The notes beneath the pieces are model-generated. The model saw nothing but the letters and a program-made list of their open reading frames with translations, was not told where the DNA came from and ran no database searches. Source: Candidatus Aenigmatarchaeota archaeon (GTDB lineage: Archaea; Aenigmatarchaeota; Aenigmatarchaeia; GW2011-AR5). Taken from it: a DNA stretch of 64,000 nucleotides. A program made the position numbers and the translations under genes. The DNA lies in assembly GCA_039091535.1 (NCBI GenBank), contig JAWCLW010000003.1, positions 2,183-66,182 on the forward strand, read 5' to 3'. How positions within the stretch are numbered: position 1 is the stretch's first letter; the number at the start of each line of letters is the position of its first letter. Positions 63,551-64,000 of this stretch are shown one piece after another.

Positions 63551-63669
63551 GATGGAGATCTTAATAATCATTACCATGGGCGGATTGACATGTGGATTAA
63601 TTGGAGTATTAAAAGCAATTTTCGCTTCCACAAAAAATACAGATCAATAAAAAGAAATGTGAGAGAGTA

Positions 63670-64000
63670 ATGAAAAGGAGATGGAAAAAAGTGTTGAAAA
63701 CCATGGATAGAAAAGGTCTTGCAAAAATCACATTTGCAATATTGATTCTAATAGTGATATTAATTAGCGCGTATTATGCATTTGCTCTTATTGAATGCAT
63801 ATATTGTGAAGGCGTATGCTCTGGTGTTAAAGAATATATTGGTTGTGGGGGAGGTTATGGTAACGATTGTATTGAGTGTTGTGGCCCACCATCTTGTTCT
63901 ATATCTTGCGGAGCATCTTGTGAAGTAGATACAAACTGTGCTGCGGATGGCTGGTATTGTAATGGTGATACAAGAGAGAATAGGGACTACTATTGTGATC
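63670..64000 (+). CDS. Membrane-anchored Cys-rich protein, N-terminal part (runs off the window)
   Basis: ATG at 63670. Sequence: MKRRWKKVLKTMDRKGLAKITFAILILIVILISAYYAFALIECIYCEGVCSGV...CIECCGPPSCSISCGASCEVDTNCAADGWYCNGDTRENRDYYCD. Open to the window end, and absent from the track because no stop is present. Confidence 0.5.
   Translation, partial: MKRRWKKVLKTMDRKGLAKITFAILILIVILISAYYAFALIECIYCEGVCSGVKEYIGCGGGYGNDCIECCGPPSCSISCGASCEVDTNCAADGWYCNGDTRENRDYYCD

Noticed and set aside
63552-63650. 32-codon single-TM ORF after the wHTH gene, considered as a firm gene call
   Set aside because: It is plausible (hydrophobic core, start 1 nt after the wHTH stop) but too short to support without conservation data. 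It is mentioned only within the cluster finding.
1-64000. CRISPR arrays, rRNA genes, intact transposons or IS elements
   Set aside because: No regularly spaced direct repeats, no rRNA-like GC-rich long non-coding stretch and no transposase ORF were seen. Only one integrase fragment is present.

Overview
This is a strongly AT-rich, very compact archaeal chromosome segment with about 90 genes, short intergenic spacers and many ATGA or overlap-coupled genes. GGTGA/AGGAG Shine-Dalgarno motifs sit in front of many internal genes.

Most of the window is information-processing housekeeping:
- Translation: aIF2-gamma, aIF2-beta, and ribosomal proteins S6e, L21e, S15, L44e, L10e, L15e, L18e, L13 and S9.
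- Transcription: RpoF and RpoN.
- RNA processing: RtcB with archease, Pus10, Cbf5, a Trm112-like protein, ThiI, and RNase P proteins Rpp30 and Pop5.
- Replication and repair: a fused PriS-PriL primase next to GINS, RFC large subunit, nurA-HAD-herA-mre11-rad50, smc-scpA-scpB, NreA, and an RNase HIII-like protein.
- Other: a PerR-SOD-ferritin-like oxidative stress operon, geranylgeranyl reductase with ferredoxin, thymidylate kinase, Bud32, SepF and a MinD-type ATPase.

Two tRNA genes are interrupted by non-canonical introns: an initiator tRNA-Met with three insertions, and a tRNA-Ser(GGA) with one in the variable arm.

Several features together suggest, by inference only, a small-genome DPANN-like archaeon. 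These are the fused primase, shortened SMC and Rad50, multi-intron tRNAs, many Cys-rich or sequon-rich secreted proteins, and several decayed genes.

The non-housekeeping content worth following up:
1. A five-gene operon links three envelope proteins and a small conserved protein to the MinD/ParA ATPase (28767-34382).
2. A promoter-preceded structured RNA candidate of about 200 nt has no recognisable class (about 28401-28594).
3. A terminal cluster of Cys-rich, pilin-like or membrane-anchored proteins sits with a small wHTH regulator (61128-64000).
4. A family of unannotated zinc-ribbon micro-ORFs falls below the ORF-track cutoff.
5. Tandem coiled-coil, tail-anchored paralogs lie at 470-1946.

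No rRNA, CRISPR array or intact mobile element was seen. All product calls rest on motif recognition by eye and no searches were run.
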